The notes under the pieces: generated by a model | The model's database searches: none | What the model saw: only the letters and a program-made list of their open reading frames with translations | What the model was told of the DNA's origin: nothing | From: Candidatus Methylomirabilis sp. | GTDB lineage: Bacteria > Methylomirabilota > Methylomirabilia > Methylomirabilales > CSP1-5 | Length of the DNA: 48,411 nt | NCBI GenBank assembly: GCA_012974305.1 | Contig: JAAXQN010000022.1 | Coordinates: forward strand, 1-48,411 | Direction of reading: 5' to 3' | Translations under genes and position numbers: made by a program | Shown: positions 36,677 through 46,715 of the stretch, in pieces | Layout: the number at the start of each line of letters is the position of its first letter | Numbering within the stretch: the stretch's first letter is position 1

Positions 36677-37426
36677 ATGGAGACGAAGAATCGACTGGAT
36701 GAGGTAGCGGTGGAAGAACTGGCGACTCGCTTTGAGGGGAAAGGTCCCGAGGTGGTCATCCAGTGGGCCCTTGAGCACTTTCACCCCCGCATCGTCCTGG
36801 CGTCCAGCCTGCAGGCGGAAGACATGGTCATTTTGGACATCGCCTGGAGGATAAATCCCGACGTCCGGGTCTTTACCCTCGATACTGGCCGGCTCCATGA
36901 AGAGACCTACGCCAGTATGGAGCGGGTCCGGGAAAAGTACGGCATTGCCATCGAGAGTTTTTTTCCGAGCCGGGAGGCGGTGGAGGCCCTGGAGCGCGAG
37001 AAGGGATTTTATTCCTTCCGGCAGAGCGTGGAGGAACGGAAGTTTTGCTGCGGGATACGCAAGGTGGAGCCGCTGGCACGCGCCCTCAAGGATCGCGATG
37101 CGTGGATCACCGGGCTTCGACGAGAACAGGCGGTGACCCGGACCGTGCTCCGGAAGGTTGAGTTTGATCACAGTCATGGAATCATTAAGGTCAATCCTTT
37201 GGCTGACTGTTCGGAAGGCTACGTCTGGGACTACATTCGGACCCATGGTGTCCCATACAACGCACTGCACGACTTAGGATATCCGAGCATTGGGTGTGCC
37301 CCGTGCACGCGTGCGATCAAGCAGGGGGAGGATGTCCGGGCCGGACGGTGGTGGTGGGAAAATCCAGAGAGTAAGGAATGTGGTCTGCACGTCACACCGG
37401 TGGAGACGGGCCAGTCCACTGCGTGA
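36677..37426 (+). CDS. cysH: APS/PAPS reductase, 4Fe-4S APS-reductase type
   Basis: [42 protein letters not shown]. Confidence 0.95.
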   Translation: METKNRLDEVAVEELATRFEGKGPEVVIQWALEHFHPRIVLASSLQAEDMVILDIAWRINPDVRVFTLDTGRLHEETYASMERVREKYGIAIESFFPSREAVEALEREKGFYSFRQSVEERKFCCGIRKVEPLARALKDRDAWITGLRREQAVTRTVLRKVEFDHSHGIIKVNPLADCSEGYVWDYIRTHGVPYNALHDLGYPSIGCAPCTRAIKQGEDVRAGRWWWENPESKECGLHVTPVETGQSTA

Positions 37427-37442
37427 GGGGGCAAGGAGTCGC

Positions 37443-38612
37443 ATGAGTATTATTACACCGCATGGAGGGGAACTGGTTGACCGGCTAATCCCGCCGGAGG
37501 AGCGACAGGAGGCACGACGCCGGGCGAGAGACTTAACGCCGGTGCACCTGAATCGGCGACAGATCTCGGATCTGGAGTTGATCGGGATCGGGGCTATGAG
37601 TCCGCTCGACGGGTTCATGGGTCAGGCCGACTACAAGCGAGTAGTGGACGAGGCGCGTCTGGCAAGCGGGCTCCCCTGGTCCATCCCCGTTACGTTAGCC
37701 GTGCGGGAGACCGAGGCCGCCTCCGCTCGAGTGGGCGAAGAGATCTCCTTGGTGGACGACCATGGGGATCTTCTGGGCTTGCTAGAGCTTCGAGAGAAAC
37801 TCTCTTATGATAAAAAGCGCGAGGCCCAGGAGGTATACCGAACTACCGAAGAGGCCCATCCGGGAGTCCGCGTACTCTATGCCCAGGGCGATGTGCTCTT
37901 GGCCGGACCAATTCGACTCTTGGAGCCTCCTGACGATCAGGAGTACGGCCCCTACCACCTGACCCCCGCAGAGACCCGGCAGGCGTTCAACAACCAGGGT
38001 TGGCGAACCGTCGTGGGCTTCCAGACGCGAAACCCCGTCCACCGGGCCCACGAATACATCCAGAAGTGTGCTCTGGAGGTCGTGGATGGCCTCCTCCTGC
38101 ATCCATTAGTTGGTGAGACGAAGCAGGATGACATTCCCGCGGAAACCCGGCTGCGCTGTTACGAGGTGCTTTTGGAAGGGTATTATCCCAAAGATCGTGT
38201 CATCCTGGCGGTCCTTCCGGCGGCCATGCGCTATGCCGGCCCGCGAGAAGCTATTTTCCATGCGTTGATTCGGAAAAATTACGGGTGTACCCATTTCATC
38301 GTCGGCCGAGATCATGCCGGCGTGGGGAATTATTACGGCACCTTTGACGCCCATCTGATCTTTCGGGACTTCGCCCAGGAGGAGCTGGGGATTACTCCCC
38401 TCTTTTTTGACCATGCCTTTTATTGTCGAAGTTGCCAGGGAATGGCCACCACCAAGACCTGTCCGCACGGTCCTCAGGAGCGAGTAAGCCTTTCGGGGAC
38501 CAAGGTCCGAGAGATGTTGCACCGGATCGAACTTCCCCCTTCCGAATACACGCGGCAAGAAGTGGCGGAAGTGCTGCTCCAATGGGCCAATACGGATCAG
38601 TACCGTATCTGA
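37443..38612 (+). CDS. sat: Sulfate adenylyltransferase (ATP sulfurylase)
   Basis: [48 protein letters not shown]. Confidence 0.96.
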   Translation: MSIITPHGGELVDRLIPPEERQEARRRARDLTPVHLNRRQISDLELIGIGAMSPLDGFMGQADYKRVVDEARLASGLPWSIPVTLAVRETEAASARVGEEISLVDDHGDLLGLLELREKLSYDKKREAQEVYRTTEEAHPGVRVLYAQGDVLLAGPIRLLEPPDDQEYGPYHLTPAETRQAFNNQGWRTVVGFQTRNPVHRAHEYIQKCALEVVDGLLLHPLVGETKQDDIPAETRLRCYEVLLEGYYPKDRVILAVLPAAMRYAGPREAIFHALIRKNYGCTHFIVGRDHAGVGNYYGTFDAHLIFRDFAQEELGITPLFFDHAFYCRSCQGMATTKTCPHGPQERVSLSGTKVREMLHRIELPPSEYTRQEVAEVLLQWANTDQYRI

Positions 38613-38708
38613 CCTTCGACTTTCCCGCCTCCTGACAGCCTCGAGGGACCTGCGTTTGTTGCGAGGAAATGTCGGGGAATTCGGGAAGGATATTAAGGAG
38701 AAGCAGCG

Positions 38709-39701
38709 ATGATTGGATCAATGGTCACGTTTCTTGCTGGCGTCGTCGCCCGTCTCAATTGCTCGAAGCTTGCGCGGCGGGGGAGCGAAATGCTCCAGCG
38801 ACTTGCCGAGCGAATAGATCACTCCGGGCAGGGAAGAGGGCGTCTTCACGCGGGGAACGGTTGGGGTGTGCCCTTGAGGAGAGGTGGACGGGTCTCTCTG
38901 GTCGGGGCAGGGCCAGGCGAACCGGGTCTCCTGACCCTCAAAGGAAAGCTTTGCCTCGAAGAAGCGGACGTGGTCGTCTACGATTATTTGGTGAACGAAT
39001 CTCTCCTGACGAACTGCCGCCCCGAGGCAGACCGAATCCATGTTGGGAAGCCGGGGTCGTACCAGAGGCTGTCCCAGGAGGAGATTAATCGCCTCTTGAT
39101 CGAGCGGGCCAGGGAAGGCAAGGTGGTCGTCCGTCTCAAAGGGGGGGACCCATTTATCTTTAGCCGCGGAGGGGAGGAGGCGGAAGCACTTGCCGAGGCA
39201 GGGATTCACTTCGAGGTCGTGCCGGGAGTTACCTCGGCTATCGCCGTCCCAAGTTATGCCGGGATTCCCCTCACACACCGAGACTTGGCTTCCACGGTGG
39301 CGTTTGTGACCGGGAACGAAAACCTGACGAAGGAGACCTCAGGAATCGACTGGAAAGCCGTCGCCGGGATGGGGACCATAGTCTTTCTCATGGGAGTCAG
39401 TCGGCTGTCCCTGATTGTGGCGAGGCTCGTTGAGGAAGGGCGCGACCCAGAGACTCCCGTCGCGGTGATACAGTGGGGGACCTTGCCCCGGCAAAAGACC
39501 GTCACGGGCACGCTGCGAGACATTCGAGAAAGGGTGAGGGGGATGCGGTCACCCGGTATCATCGTCGTCGGAGAGGTGGTAAGGGTTCGAAACCGCCTCA
39601 GATGGTTTGAGGAAGGCATGTTCGTTCGCGAGACTGCAGCGACCCAAACGCAGAGACGCGAGGCGGTCCTCAGCAAGCTGATCCAACCGGAGTCTGCCTA
39701 G
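38709..39701 (+). CDS. cobA: Uroporphyrinogen-III C-methyltransferase (true start probably downstream)
   Basis: LVGAGPG, VYDYLV, RLKGGDPF, VPGVTS, GIPLTHR, IIVVGEV; the first ~55 aa look non-conserved. Confidence 0.92.
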   Translation: MIGSMVTFLAGVVARLNCSKLARRGSEMLQRLAERIDHSGQGRGRLHAGNGWGVPLRRGGRVSLVGAGPGEPGLLTLKGKLCLEEADVVVYDYLVNESLLTNCRPEADRIHVGKPGSYQRLSQEEINRLLIERAREGKVVVRLKGGDPFIFSRGGEEAEALAEAGIHFEVVPGVTSAIAVPSYAGIPLTHRDLASTVAFVTGNENLTKETSGIDWKAVAGMGTIVFLMGVSRLSLIVARLVEEGRDPETPVAVIQWGTLPRQKTVTGTLRDIRERVRGMRSPGIIVVGEVVRVRNRLRWFEEGMFVRETAATQTQRREAVLSKLIQPESA

Positions 39702-39762
39702 GCTTGTGAGGTCGAAAAATTTTCGGTACAATGCATCTGCGTTTTCCAACGCGGAGGCAGCT

Positions 39763-40002
39763 TTGGCGCGAAGACGAGTACATCTCACTTTTCCCGGAAA
39801 GCTCATGAACGAACCACTGTTGTGGAAGATGAGTCAGCAGTTCGATCTCGTCTTCAACATCCGTCGGGCGGACTTCACCGAGGGGATTGGGTGGCTTATG
39901 GCGGAGTTGGAGGGAGATGAAAAGGGGCTGCAGAGCGGTATACGATGGCTGGAAGAACAGGGCGTCCATGTGGACCCGATCGAGCAGGACGTCGTCCAGT
40001 GA
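39763..40002 (+). CDS. Stand-alone NIL-domain protein
   Basis: TTG after GGAGG; VHLTFP..EPLLW..F.LVFNIRRA..GWLMAELEG..L..GV.V. Confidence 0.8.
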   Translation: MARRRVHLTFPGKLMNEPLLWKMSQQFDLVFNIRRADFTEGIGWLMAELEGDEKGLQSGIRWLEEQGVHVDPIEQDVVQ

Positions 40003-40010
40003 GATTTCGC

Positions 40011-40040
40011 TTGACAGCATCGGCCCCTTTTGGTGATATT
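40011..40040 (+). promoter_or_regulatory. Putative sigma-70 promoter of the riboswitch-led operon
   Basis: TTGACA (40011)-18 nt-GATATT with TG extension, 25 nt before the aptamer. Confidence 0.55.
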
Positions 40041-40064
40041 AGTGGTTAATTGAATAGAATTTCA

Positions 40065-40190
40065 CTTCTCATCGAGAGCGGCTGAGGGACTGGCCCGACG
40101 AAGCCGCGGCAACGGCCCGCCGTCATGGACGGCGGGAGACGTGCTAACTCCTGCACCTCGATCTTGCGTGTCGGGGTGAGAGATGAGAGG
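40065..40190 (+). ncRNA. SAM-I (S-box) riboswitch aptamer
   Basis: CTCATCGAGAG..GAGGGACTGGCCCGACGAAGCC.CGGCAAC..GTGCTAACTCC..AGATGAG; P1 CTTCTCATC/GATGAGAGG. Confidence 0.95.
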
Positions 40191-40211
40191 GTGGATGCGC
40201 AGTGGTTATGC

Positions 40212-40244
40212 AACCCCTTCTCATACGGAGAAGGGGTTTTTTTT
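40212..40244 (+). terminator. Riboswitch-controlled intrinsic terminator
   Basis: AACCCCTTCTC/GAGAAGGGGTT stem plus T-run; the 5' arm CCCTTCTCAT can instead pair with P1 3' strand ATGAGAGGG (antiterminator). Confidence 0.9.
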
Positions 40245-40259
40245 GGGATTGTAAGGGGT

Positions 40260-40493
40260 ATGGCGACACGGCGTCTCTCTCTGACGTTTCCTTCGGATTT
40301 GATTAAGGAACCGGTCATCTACCGGGTTTCGAAGGAGTGCAACCTGGTTCCCAACATTCGAAAGGCCCGGATCACCGATACCACTGGTGAGGTGATTTTG
40401 GACTTTCAGGGACGAGAGGAAGACCTCGAGAGAGGGATAACCTACCTCGTTGACCGCGGCATTACGGTTGAGGAAGTTCAGGAGGAACGATAA
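40260..40493 (+). CDS. Stand-alone NIL-domain protein
   Basis: LSLTFP..IKEPVIY..NLVPNIRKA.I..GEVILDF.G..L..GI.V. Confidence 0.82.
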   Translation: MATRRLSLTFPSDLIKEPVIYRVSKECNLVPNIRKARITDTTGEVILDFQGREEDLERGITYLVDRGITVEEVQEER

Positions 40494-40536
40494 CGGCGCT
40501 GGATATGTCCGCCAGGTCCATGCGCAGGAGGGTTCG

Positions 40537-41817
40537 ATGGCGAAAATCAAGGGGCTACGGTGCCGTGAGTGCGGCCGTCCCTATCCGGCCAAGCCGCTAC
40601 ATGTCTGTGAGTTCTGCTTTGGGCCGTTGGAAGTTGACTACGATTACGCCAGTCTGGAGAAGGTAGTCAACCGCAAGCGGATCGAGGCCGGCCCACCGAC
40701 TATGTGGAGGTATCGCGATTTGCTTCCGATCGAGCAGGAGGTGCCAGTCGGAGAGCACTGCGGCATGACCCCCTTGATCCGGGCAAGACACCTCGAAAAA
40801 GCCCTTGGGGCACAGGAAGTCTACATCAAAAACGATGCGGTCTGCCACCCGTCCCTCTCTTTTAAGGACCGTGTCGTCTCGGTCGCCGTGACCAAGGCGA
40901 TGGAATTTGGTTTTGACGTCGTTTCATGCGCCTCGACCGGGAACCTCGCCAACTCTGTTGCTGCCCATGCGGCGGAAGCGGGTCTCAAGAGTTTTATCTT
41001 TGTCCCGGCCGGCCTGGAGCAGGGAAAGATCGTTGGGACATTGATTTACAGTCCCATTTTGGTGGAAGTCGATGGGAACTACGATGAAGTCAACCGGCTG
41101 TGCAGCGAGATAGCCGACAAATATGGTTGGGCTTTCGTGAACATCAATATCCGGCCGTATTACGCAGAGGGTTCCAAAACCTTCGGCTATGAGATTGCCG
41201 AGCAACTGGGCTGGCATGCTCCGCGACACATCATTGTCCCTTCCGCCGGTGGTTCGCTAGTCACGAAGATTTGGAAAGGGCTGAAGGAGTTTTGCCAGTT
41301 GGGACTGATCCCGGAGTGTCATACCCGGATGCACGTGGCACAGGCGGCTGGGTGCAATCCGATCGTGGCGGCTATTCGCAACGGGTGTGACACCATCCGG
41401 CCCGTCCGCCCTGACACGATTTGTAAGTCGTTAGCCATTGGCAACCCCGCGGATGGATACTATGCCTTCAAGGCAGTCGAGGAGAGCACCGGGTATGCGG
41501 CCGATGCCAGCGACGAAGAGATCGTCGATGGGATGAAGCTTCTCGCCGAGACCGAGGGAATCTTTACGGAGACCGCGGGCGGGGTCACGGTGGCTGCGGC
41601 CAAGCGATTGATCGATACGGGGGTTATTCCCCGTGACGAGAGCATTGTGCTTTCCATCACTGGAAACGGCCTCAAGACGCAGGAAGTGGTCTTTAACGCC
41701 CTCAGGCCCACCGTTTCCGTCAAGCCGTCGTTGAAATCCTTCGATGAGGCGATCGCGGAACGGCCAGATCTCGAGGCAGATTTCATTTCTCAGGCCCCAA
41801 CCAACATTCAGGGATAA
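40537..41817 (+). CDS. Threonine-synthase-like PLP enzyme (candidate O-phosphohomoserine sulfhydrylase)
   Basis: N-terminal CREC..CEFC, MWRY..LLP, SFKDR (PLP Lys), CASTGN, EGSKT, SLAIGNP, ITGNGLK; RBS AGGAGG. Confidence 0.88.
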   Translation: MAKIKGLRCRECGRPYPAKPLHVCEFCFGPLEVDYDYASLEKVVNRKRIEAGPPTMWRYRDLLPIEQEVPVGEHCGMTPLIRARHLEKALGAQEVYIKNDAVCHPSLSFKDRVVSVAVTKAMEFGFDVVSCASTGNLANSVAAHAAEAGLKSFIFVPAGLEQGKIVGTLIYSPILVEVDGNYDEVNRLCSEIADKYGWAFVNINIRPYYAEGSKTFGYEIAEQLGWHAPRHIIVPSAGGSLVTKIWKGLKEFCQLGLIPECHTRMHVAQAAGCNPIVAAIRNGCDTIRPVRPDTICKSLAIGNPADGYYAFKAVEESTGYAADASDEEIVDGMKLLAETEGIFTETAGGVTVAAAKRLIDTGVIPRDESIVLSITGNGLKTQEVVFNALRPTVSVKPSLKSFDEAIAERPDLEADFISQAPTNIQG

Positions 41818-41832
41818 CGTGTGGAGGAAACC

Positions 41833-42108
41833 ATGAGCGTCCTCGTCCGCATTCCGACACCGCTCCGAAGCCTGACGAAGGGCCAGGCTGAGGTTCAGGA
41901 AGAGGGGAGCTCTGTTCAGGAGCTCATAGAAAACCTGGAGGACAAGTACAAGGGATTAAAAGAGCGGCTTTGTGATGGGCAGGATATCCGCCGGTTCATT
42001 AATATTTATGTAAACGACGAGGATATCCGCTTCCTTCAAGGAACCGAGACACCGCTTAAGCCTGGAGATCAAATTTCTATCGTCCCAGCCATTGCTGGGG
42101 GGAGGTAA
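41833..42108 (+). CDS. MoaD/ThiS-family ubiquitin-like sulfur carrier ending GG-R
   Basis: RIPTPLR.LT.G, RRFINIYVNDEDIRFL, PAIAGGR*; RBS GGAGGA. Confidence 0.92.
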   Translation: MSVLVRIPTPLRSLTKGQAEVQEEGSSVQELIENLEDKYKGLKERLCDGQDIRRFINIYVNDEDIRFLQGTETPLKPGDQISIVPAIAGGR

Positions 42109-42222
42109 TCCCCCAAGCTGCCTCGCATATAATCCCTGACCCACCATAAGATGGGACGCCCTCCCGGGTGCCATACAGCCTGGAAGGGCGTTTTGCTTTC
42201 AAAAAGCGTAATTGTAACTGAC

Positions 42223-42238
42223 CGGCACACGGGTTGCA
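42223..42238 (+). promoter_or_regulatory. Putative sigma-54 promoter
   Basis: CGGCACA-CGGG-TTGCA with GG-N10-GC spacing. Confidence 0.55.
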
Positions 42239-42432
42239 TCTGAAGGCCGAGGGCAAACTCGTCGTTGTGGGCGGCGAGTGTCAAGAGGCGTGTAAAGATA
42301 ATCGAATTTCTGCCGATATACCTTATCAGAGCTAGGAACGTGGTTGCCGTCTCTGATATGGACCTGCCTCACGTGCAGCCATTGAACAGTTCATCGGGGA
42401 GAGGGAGCCGATATATGGCTTGCGGAGGAGAC

Positions 42433-42606
42433 ATGACGGAGAATGAAAACGGTTTTGACATCCATCGGTGTGACGGCTGCGGTGGGGCTTTGACAAAACG
42501 CGAGCAGCTCTACGGTTTGTGCAGCAAGTGCGAGAATACTGTACCGTCCATATCAAAGAATCCGCGGAAGACACGGAAACAGAGCAAGGAGCGGCGCTCA
42601 GCGTAG
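42433..42606 (+). CDS. 57-aa Zn-ribbon microprotein with basic tail
   Basis: RBS GGAGGAG close to the ATG; CDGC-x12-CSKC; K/R-rich C-terminus. Confidence 0.55.
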   Translation: MTENENGFDIHRCDGCGGALTKREQLYGLCSKCENTVPSISKNPRKTRKQSKERRSA

Positions 42607-42954
42607 CATAAGCGTTGTCAGTAGCGCAAGACCCACGCGCATGGTGCATTGATACAATCATGGGCCTCGATGGCCCTTTTTTTATGTCCTCGCGACCGTG
42701 CATGCCATCCTACACTGCCGACCTGCCGACAAAAAAGTCCCACGCCTTCCAAGGTTTCCCGACGGAGGATGTCGGGAGACGGTTGTCAGAAAGTGACCTG
42801 CCGTGTTAGACTTGGGCCTCCCGACGGGTGGTTTCTTTCTAAGTGGGGGGAAAGGTGTGTTTGTTTCGGGCCCCACGGAGGATAGCCCACTTTCGAGATT
42901 CCGACGCCGCCACGCGACGGCGGATCCTTACCGACACGCACCTGGGGGGAAGTG

Positions 42955-43752
42955 ATGCGCATCGTTGTGTGTCTCAAGCAGATCATCGATCCCGAGCTTC
43001 CCAGCAGTCAATTTAAAATTGATCCAGGGTCAAAGCGACAGCAACCAAATGGTCACCCGCTCGTCATCAGCCCTTACGATGAAAATGCCCTTGAGCTCGC
43101 GCTGCAGCTCAGAGACCAAACTGCTGGCCATGTGACAGTGCTCAGCGTCGGGCAGTCTTCGGCAGTCAGCGCCCTCCGCAAAGGGGTGGCCATGGGTGCG
43201 GACGAGGCTGCCTTGATCAGCGATCCTGCCCTTGAGGGATCCGATGCCTTTGGGATTGCTGCCGCATTGGCCCAAGGGATTCAGAAGCTAGGGCCACCAG
43301 ATCTGGTCCTCTGTGGTTGCGAGTCCGGAGACTGGGCCGACAGGATCATTGGCCCCATTCTGGCGGAAGCGCTTGGAATCCCCTGTGTTACCTATGTTGC
43401 CAGGGCGGAAAAACATAACGGTCATGTGCGAGCCCAGCGGGTGGTGGAGGAGGGTTACGAGATTTGGGAGGTTACGCCACCTCTGTTGCTCACCATCCTC
43501 AGTCACGAATCGAATGTCCCCAGATATCCGAAGGTCAAGGACATCATGACTGCCTCCCGGAGGCCAATCTCGACATGGTCTCTCAGTGATATTGGTCTCG
43601 ATACGGGACATGTCGGGAACGCGGTCACCCGAGTTGAGATCCAGGAGCTTACCCTGCCGACCCGAGAGTCTCGCTGTGAGTTCCTCGAGGGAGAGCCAGG
43701 GGGGCAAGTCGCGTCGTTGATCACGAAACTCCGAGAGAAAAAGGTGATTTGA
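42955..43752 (+). CDS. etfB: Electron transfer flavoprotein beta subunit
   Basis: IVVCLKQI, PYDENALE, AMGAD, DLVLCG, PRYP. Confidence 0.92.
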   Translation: MRIVVCLKQIIDPELPSSQFKIDPGSKRQQPNGHPLVISPYDENALELALQLRDQTAGHVTVLSVGQSSAVSALRKGVAMGADEAALISDPALEGSDAFGIAAALAQGIQKLGPPDLVLCGCESGDWADRIIGPILAEALGIPCVTYVARAEKHNGHVRAQRVVEEGYEIWEVTPPLLLTILSHESNVPRYPKVKDIMTASRRPISTWSLSDIGLDTGHVGNAVTRVEIQELTLPTRESRCEFLEGEPGGQVASLITKLREKKVI

Positions 43753-43755
43753 GCC

Positions 43756-44736
43756 ATGGGCGGAATCTTTGTGTTTGCCAAAGTGGAGAATGGAGTTCCC
43801 TCCCGTTCAACCCTCGAACTCTTGGGCGGTGCCCAAAAAATCGCTGCGGGGCTGGAGGAGCCTGTCACTGCCGGCCTTCTGGGCCAGGGTGATGCGGCTC
43901 TCTTGTACGCCTATGGGGTGGAAACTGTCTATCGGGTCGATCATCCCCTGCTGAAAGAATACCAGGCTGATTTACATTTGCTGGCCTTGGAACGGATCGG
44001 CCGGACGGCTGAACCCCGGGTCATCCTCCTGCCTGGAGATTCCTTGGGTCGAGACCTCGCCGGTCGCCTGGCCTTCCGCCTCCAGACAGGAATTGTCACA
44101 GAAGTAATAGACATCGACGTGCACCCTTCAGAAAAAAGTCTGCGCTTTACTCGCCAGGCCTATGGAGGCAAGGCCATAGCCGCTATCGTTCCGAAGGCCT
44201 TTCCCGTGGTCGCAACACTGAAGCCCCGGACCTTTGATCCGGCTGCCCGAGCGGGCGACAGGACAGGAACAGAGATCCCGGTAGAGGCTCCCCTCGACGG
44301 TGCGCAGGCAGGAACCCGGTTGGTGGAACGTGTCCAGGAGGAGACCACAGGTGTGAAACTCGAGGATGCCCAGGTGGTGATCTCTGGTGGCCGGGGGCTC
44401 GGAGGCCCCGAGGGATTCGACTTGTTGGTGGAGCTTGCCCGTGTTCTCAAGGGAGCGGTGGGGTCGTCACGGGCTGCCACCGATGCCGGATGGGTTCCCT
44501 CCTCAATGCAGGTGGGGCAGACAGGAAAGACGGTCAGCCCGGACCTGTATATTGCTGTTGGGATTTCTGGGGCTACCCAACATGTGGCCGGGATCAGTGG
44601 CGCCAAGACCATTGTCGCCATCAACACAGATCCAGAGGCCTCTATCTTTAAGGTTGCTCACCTCGGAATCGTGGGTGACTACAAGGCAATCCTTCCTCCC
44701 TTGATTGCCAGGTGCCGCGAACTCGTGGGGGGATAA
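43756..44736 (+). CDS. etfA: Electron transfer flavoprotein alpha subunit
   Basis: SGGRGLG, GSSRAA.DAGW, QVGQTGK, GISGATQH, AINTD. Confidence 0.95.
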   Translation: MGGIFVFAKVENGVPSRSTLELLGGAQKIAAGLEEPVTAGLLGQGDAALLYAYGVETVYRVDHPLLKEYQADLHLLALERIGRTAEPRVILLPGDSLGRDLAGRLAFRLQTGIVTEVIDIDVHPSEKSLRFTRQAYGGKAIAAIVPKAFPVVATLKPRTFDPAARAGDRTGTEIPVEAPLDGAQAGTRLVERVQEETTGVKLEDAQVVISGGRGLGGPEGFDLLVELARVLKGAVGSSRAATDAGWVPSSMQVGQTGKTVSPDLYIAVGISGATQHVAGISGAKTIVAINTDPEASIFKVAHLGIVGDYKAILPPLIARCRELVGG

Positions 44737-44739
44737 GGC

Positions 44740-46713
44740 GTGGACCAGGTGCCGTCCAGAGAAATCTACTGGAACATTTCAGAGCACCTGTTCCTCTATA
44801 TCCTCTTCCTGCCTTTTCTCGCCATCTTTCTGTACGGTTGCTACAGAGCCTGGGGCGCCCTCCTGCTCGGCAAGGGAGAGGTGCGGCTCGGTGAGCTGAA
44901 AGCGCGCCTCAAAGCGCTCACCAACCAGGGCTTCTTGCAGCGGCGGATCGCCCAGGAGAAATACGCTGGCCTCATGCATCTCACCCTCTCCTGGGGATTT
45001 CTCGTCCTCTTCATCGCCACCACCTTGGTTGCTTTCCAGGATTACTTTGGCCTCCCGGTCCTCCAGGGTCCCTTCTATCTCTACTTCATGTCACTCACGG
45101 TAGACGTCTTCGGCGTCGCGGCTGTCCTTGGAACGCTGATGGCTATCATCCGGCGATTCGTTCGCCCTCCAGCCCGCCTGATAGAGCCCCGGGGACCTGA
45201 TCGTTTCGGCTGGCTCCTTATTCTTTTCTTGGGTGTCCTGTTGACCGGATTCCTTGTGGAAGGGCTCCGGATCGCGGCAACCGGCGACGCATGGGGTCCC
45301 TGGTCGCCCGGAGGGTGGGTTTCGGCGCTTCTCTTCCGCGGTGTCGGGGCGGGGTATGCGGAAGCGTTTCATCAGGTCCTTTGGTGGGTGCACGCTGCAC
45401 TCTCCTTTGGCTTCATCGCTGCCATTCCGTATACGGGTGTGTTTCATCTGTTGACGGCCCCGGTCAACGTCTTTCTCCGTAACCCGCAGCCCTCAGGCGT
45501 GCTCAGCCCATTGGCGGTGGAGGAAGAACGGCTGGGGGCCTCGACCATCAGGGACTTCACGAAGAAGGCCCTTTTGGATCTGTACGCTTGCACCGAGTGC
45601 GGGCGATGCCAAGACGCCTGTCCCGCTTGGACCACTGGGAAACCCCTGACCCCCAAAGGGGTGATCCTCGATCTTCGGGACCATTTGACGAAGGTTCACC
45701 GCAACGAGGAGACCCGGCAAATGGTCGGCGAGGTGATCGCCGAGGATGTCATCTGGGCCTGCACCACGTGCGGGGCGTGTCATGAAGCCTGTCCCGTCTA
45801 TATCGAGCCCATTCCCAAGATTCTGGACATGCGCCGTCACCTCGTGATGGAAGAGGCGAGGTTTCCAGAGCAGATGCAGGAGGTACTCAGGAGCCTGGAG
45901 ACTCGTGGGCATCCGTATAAAGGGGTGAGTGCCGGCCGGGCCGATTGGGCCAAGGGACTCCGGATCCCCGAGGCGGCGAAGCTCAAGGAAGTAGATCTCC
46001 TGTACTGGGTCGGCTGCGCGGGCGCTTTTGATGAACGCGGCCAACAGGTAAGTCAGGCCATGGCGCAGGTGCTGGAAGCGGCTGGGGTGGAGTTCGCTAT
46101 CCTGGGCAATGAAGAGCGCTGCACGGGAGATCCGGCCAGGCGGATCGGTAATGAGTATCTTTTTCAACTCCTGGCCCAGGAAAACATTACGACCTTGAAC
46201 CGGTACCAAGTGAAAAAAATTGTGACCGCCTGTCCACACTGCTTCAACACGCTGAAGCACGAGTATCCCCAGTTTGGTGGGGAGTTCGAGGTTGTCCATC
46301 ACAGCCAATTTTTGGCCCAGCTCCTGCGGGATGGGCACTTGGATCTCCGCAAGCGATTCAGCGGAACCGTGAGCTTTCATGATCCCTGCTACCTTGGGCG
46401 TCACAATGGAATTTATGATGATCCCCGGTCAGTGATTGGTCACTTTCCGGGCTTTCACCAGGTCGAGATGCCCAGGTGTCGCGAGAAGGGGTTCTGCTGT
46501 GGTGCCGGCGGCGGACTGATGTGGACCGAGGAGCGGATTGGCAAACGGATGAACCTCGAGAGAACGGATGAGTTTTTAACGACCGGAGCATCTGTCGTGG
46601 CCACTGCCTGCCCCTTCTGCCTGACAATGATGACCGACGGAATCACCGTACGCGGGAAGAGTCAGGCGGTGAAAGCCTACGATTTGGCTGAGCTGGTGGC
46701 CCGCGCACTATGA
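44740..46713 (+). CDS. Membrane Fe-S oxidoreductase with CCG domains (FadF/HdrD-like; putative ETF:quinone oxidoreductase)
   Basis: N-terminal TMs with His residues; [24 protein letters not shown]; [30 protein letters not shown]. Confidence 0.9.
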   Translation: MDQVPSREIYWNISEHLFLYILFLPFLAIFLYGCYRAWGALLLGKGEVRLGELKARLKALTNQGFLQRRIAQEKYAGLMHLTLSWGFLVLFIATTLVAFQDYFGLPVLQGPFYLYFMSLTVDVFGVAAVLGTLMAIIRRFVRPPARLIEPRGPDRFGWLLILFLGVLLTGFLVEGLRIAATGDAWGPWSPGGWVSALLFRGVGAGYAEAFHQVLWWVHAALSFGFIAAIPYTGVFHLLTAPVNVFLRNPQPSGVLSPLAVEEERLGASTIRDFTKKALLDLYACTECGRCQDACPAWTTGKPLTPKGVILDLRDHLTKVHRNEETRQMVGEVIAEDVIWACTTCGACHEACPVYIEPIPKILDMRRHLVMEEARFPEQMQEVLRSLETRGHPYKGVSAGRADWAKGLRIPEAAKLKEVDLLYWVGCAGAFDERGQQVSQAMAQVLEAAGVEFAILGNEERCTGDPARRIGNEYLFQLLAQENITTLNRYQVKKIVTACPHCFNTLKHEYPQFGGEFEVVHHSQFLAQLLRDGHLDLRKRFSGTVSFHDPCYLGRHNGIYDDPRSVIGHFPGFHQVEMPRCREKGFCCGAGGGLMWTEERIGKRMNLERTDEFLTTGASVVATACPFCLTMMTDGITVRGKSQAVKAYDLAELVARAL

Positions 46714-46715
46714 CG

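Noticed and set aside
33894-38612. Dissimilatory sulfate reduction or nitrite reductase
   Set aside because: No aprAB, dsrAB or qmo; CysH-type reductase and Cys synthases indicate assimilation.
42250-42290. c-di-GMP-I riboswitch (GGGCAAA followed by a hairpin)
   Set aside because: The loop is not GNRA and GACGCAAAGC is missing.
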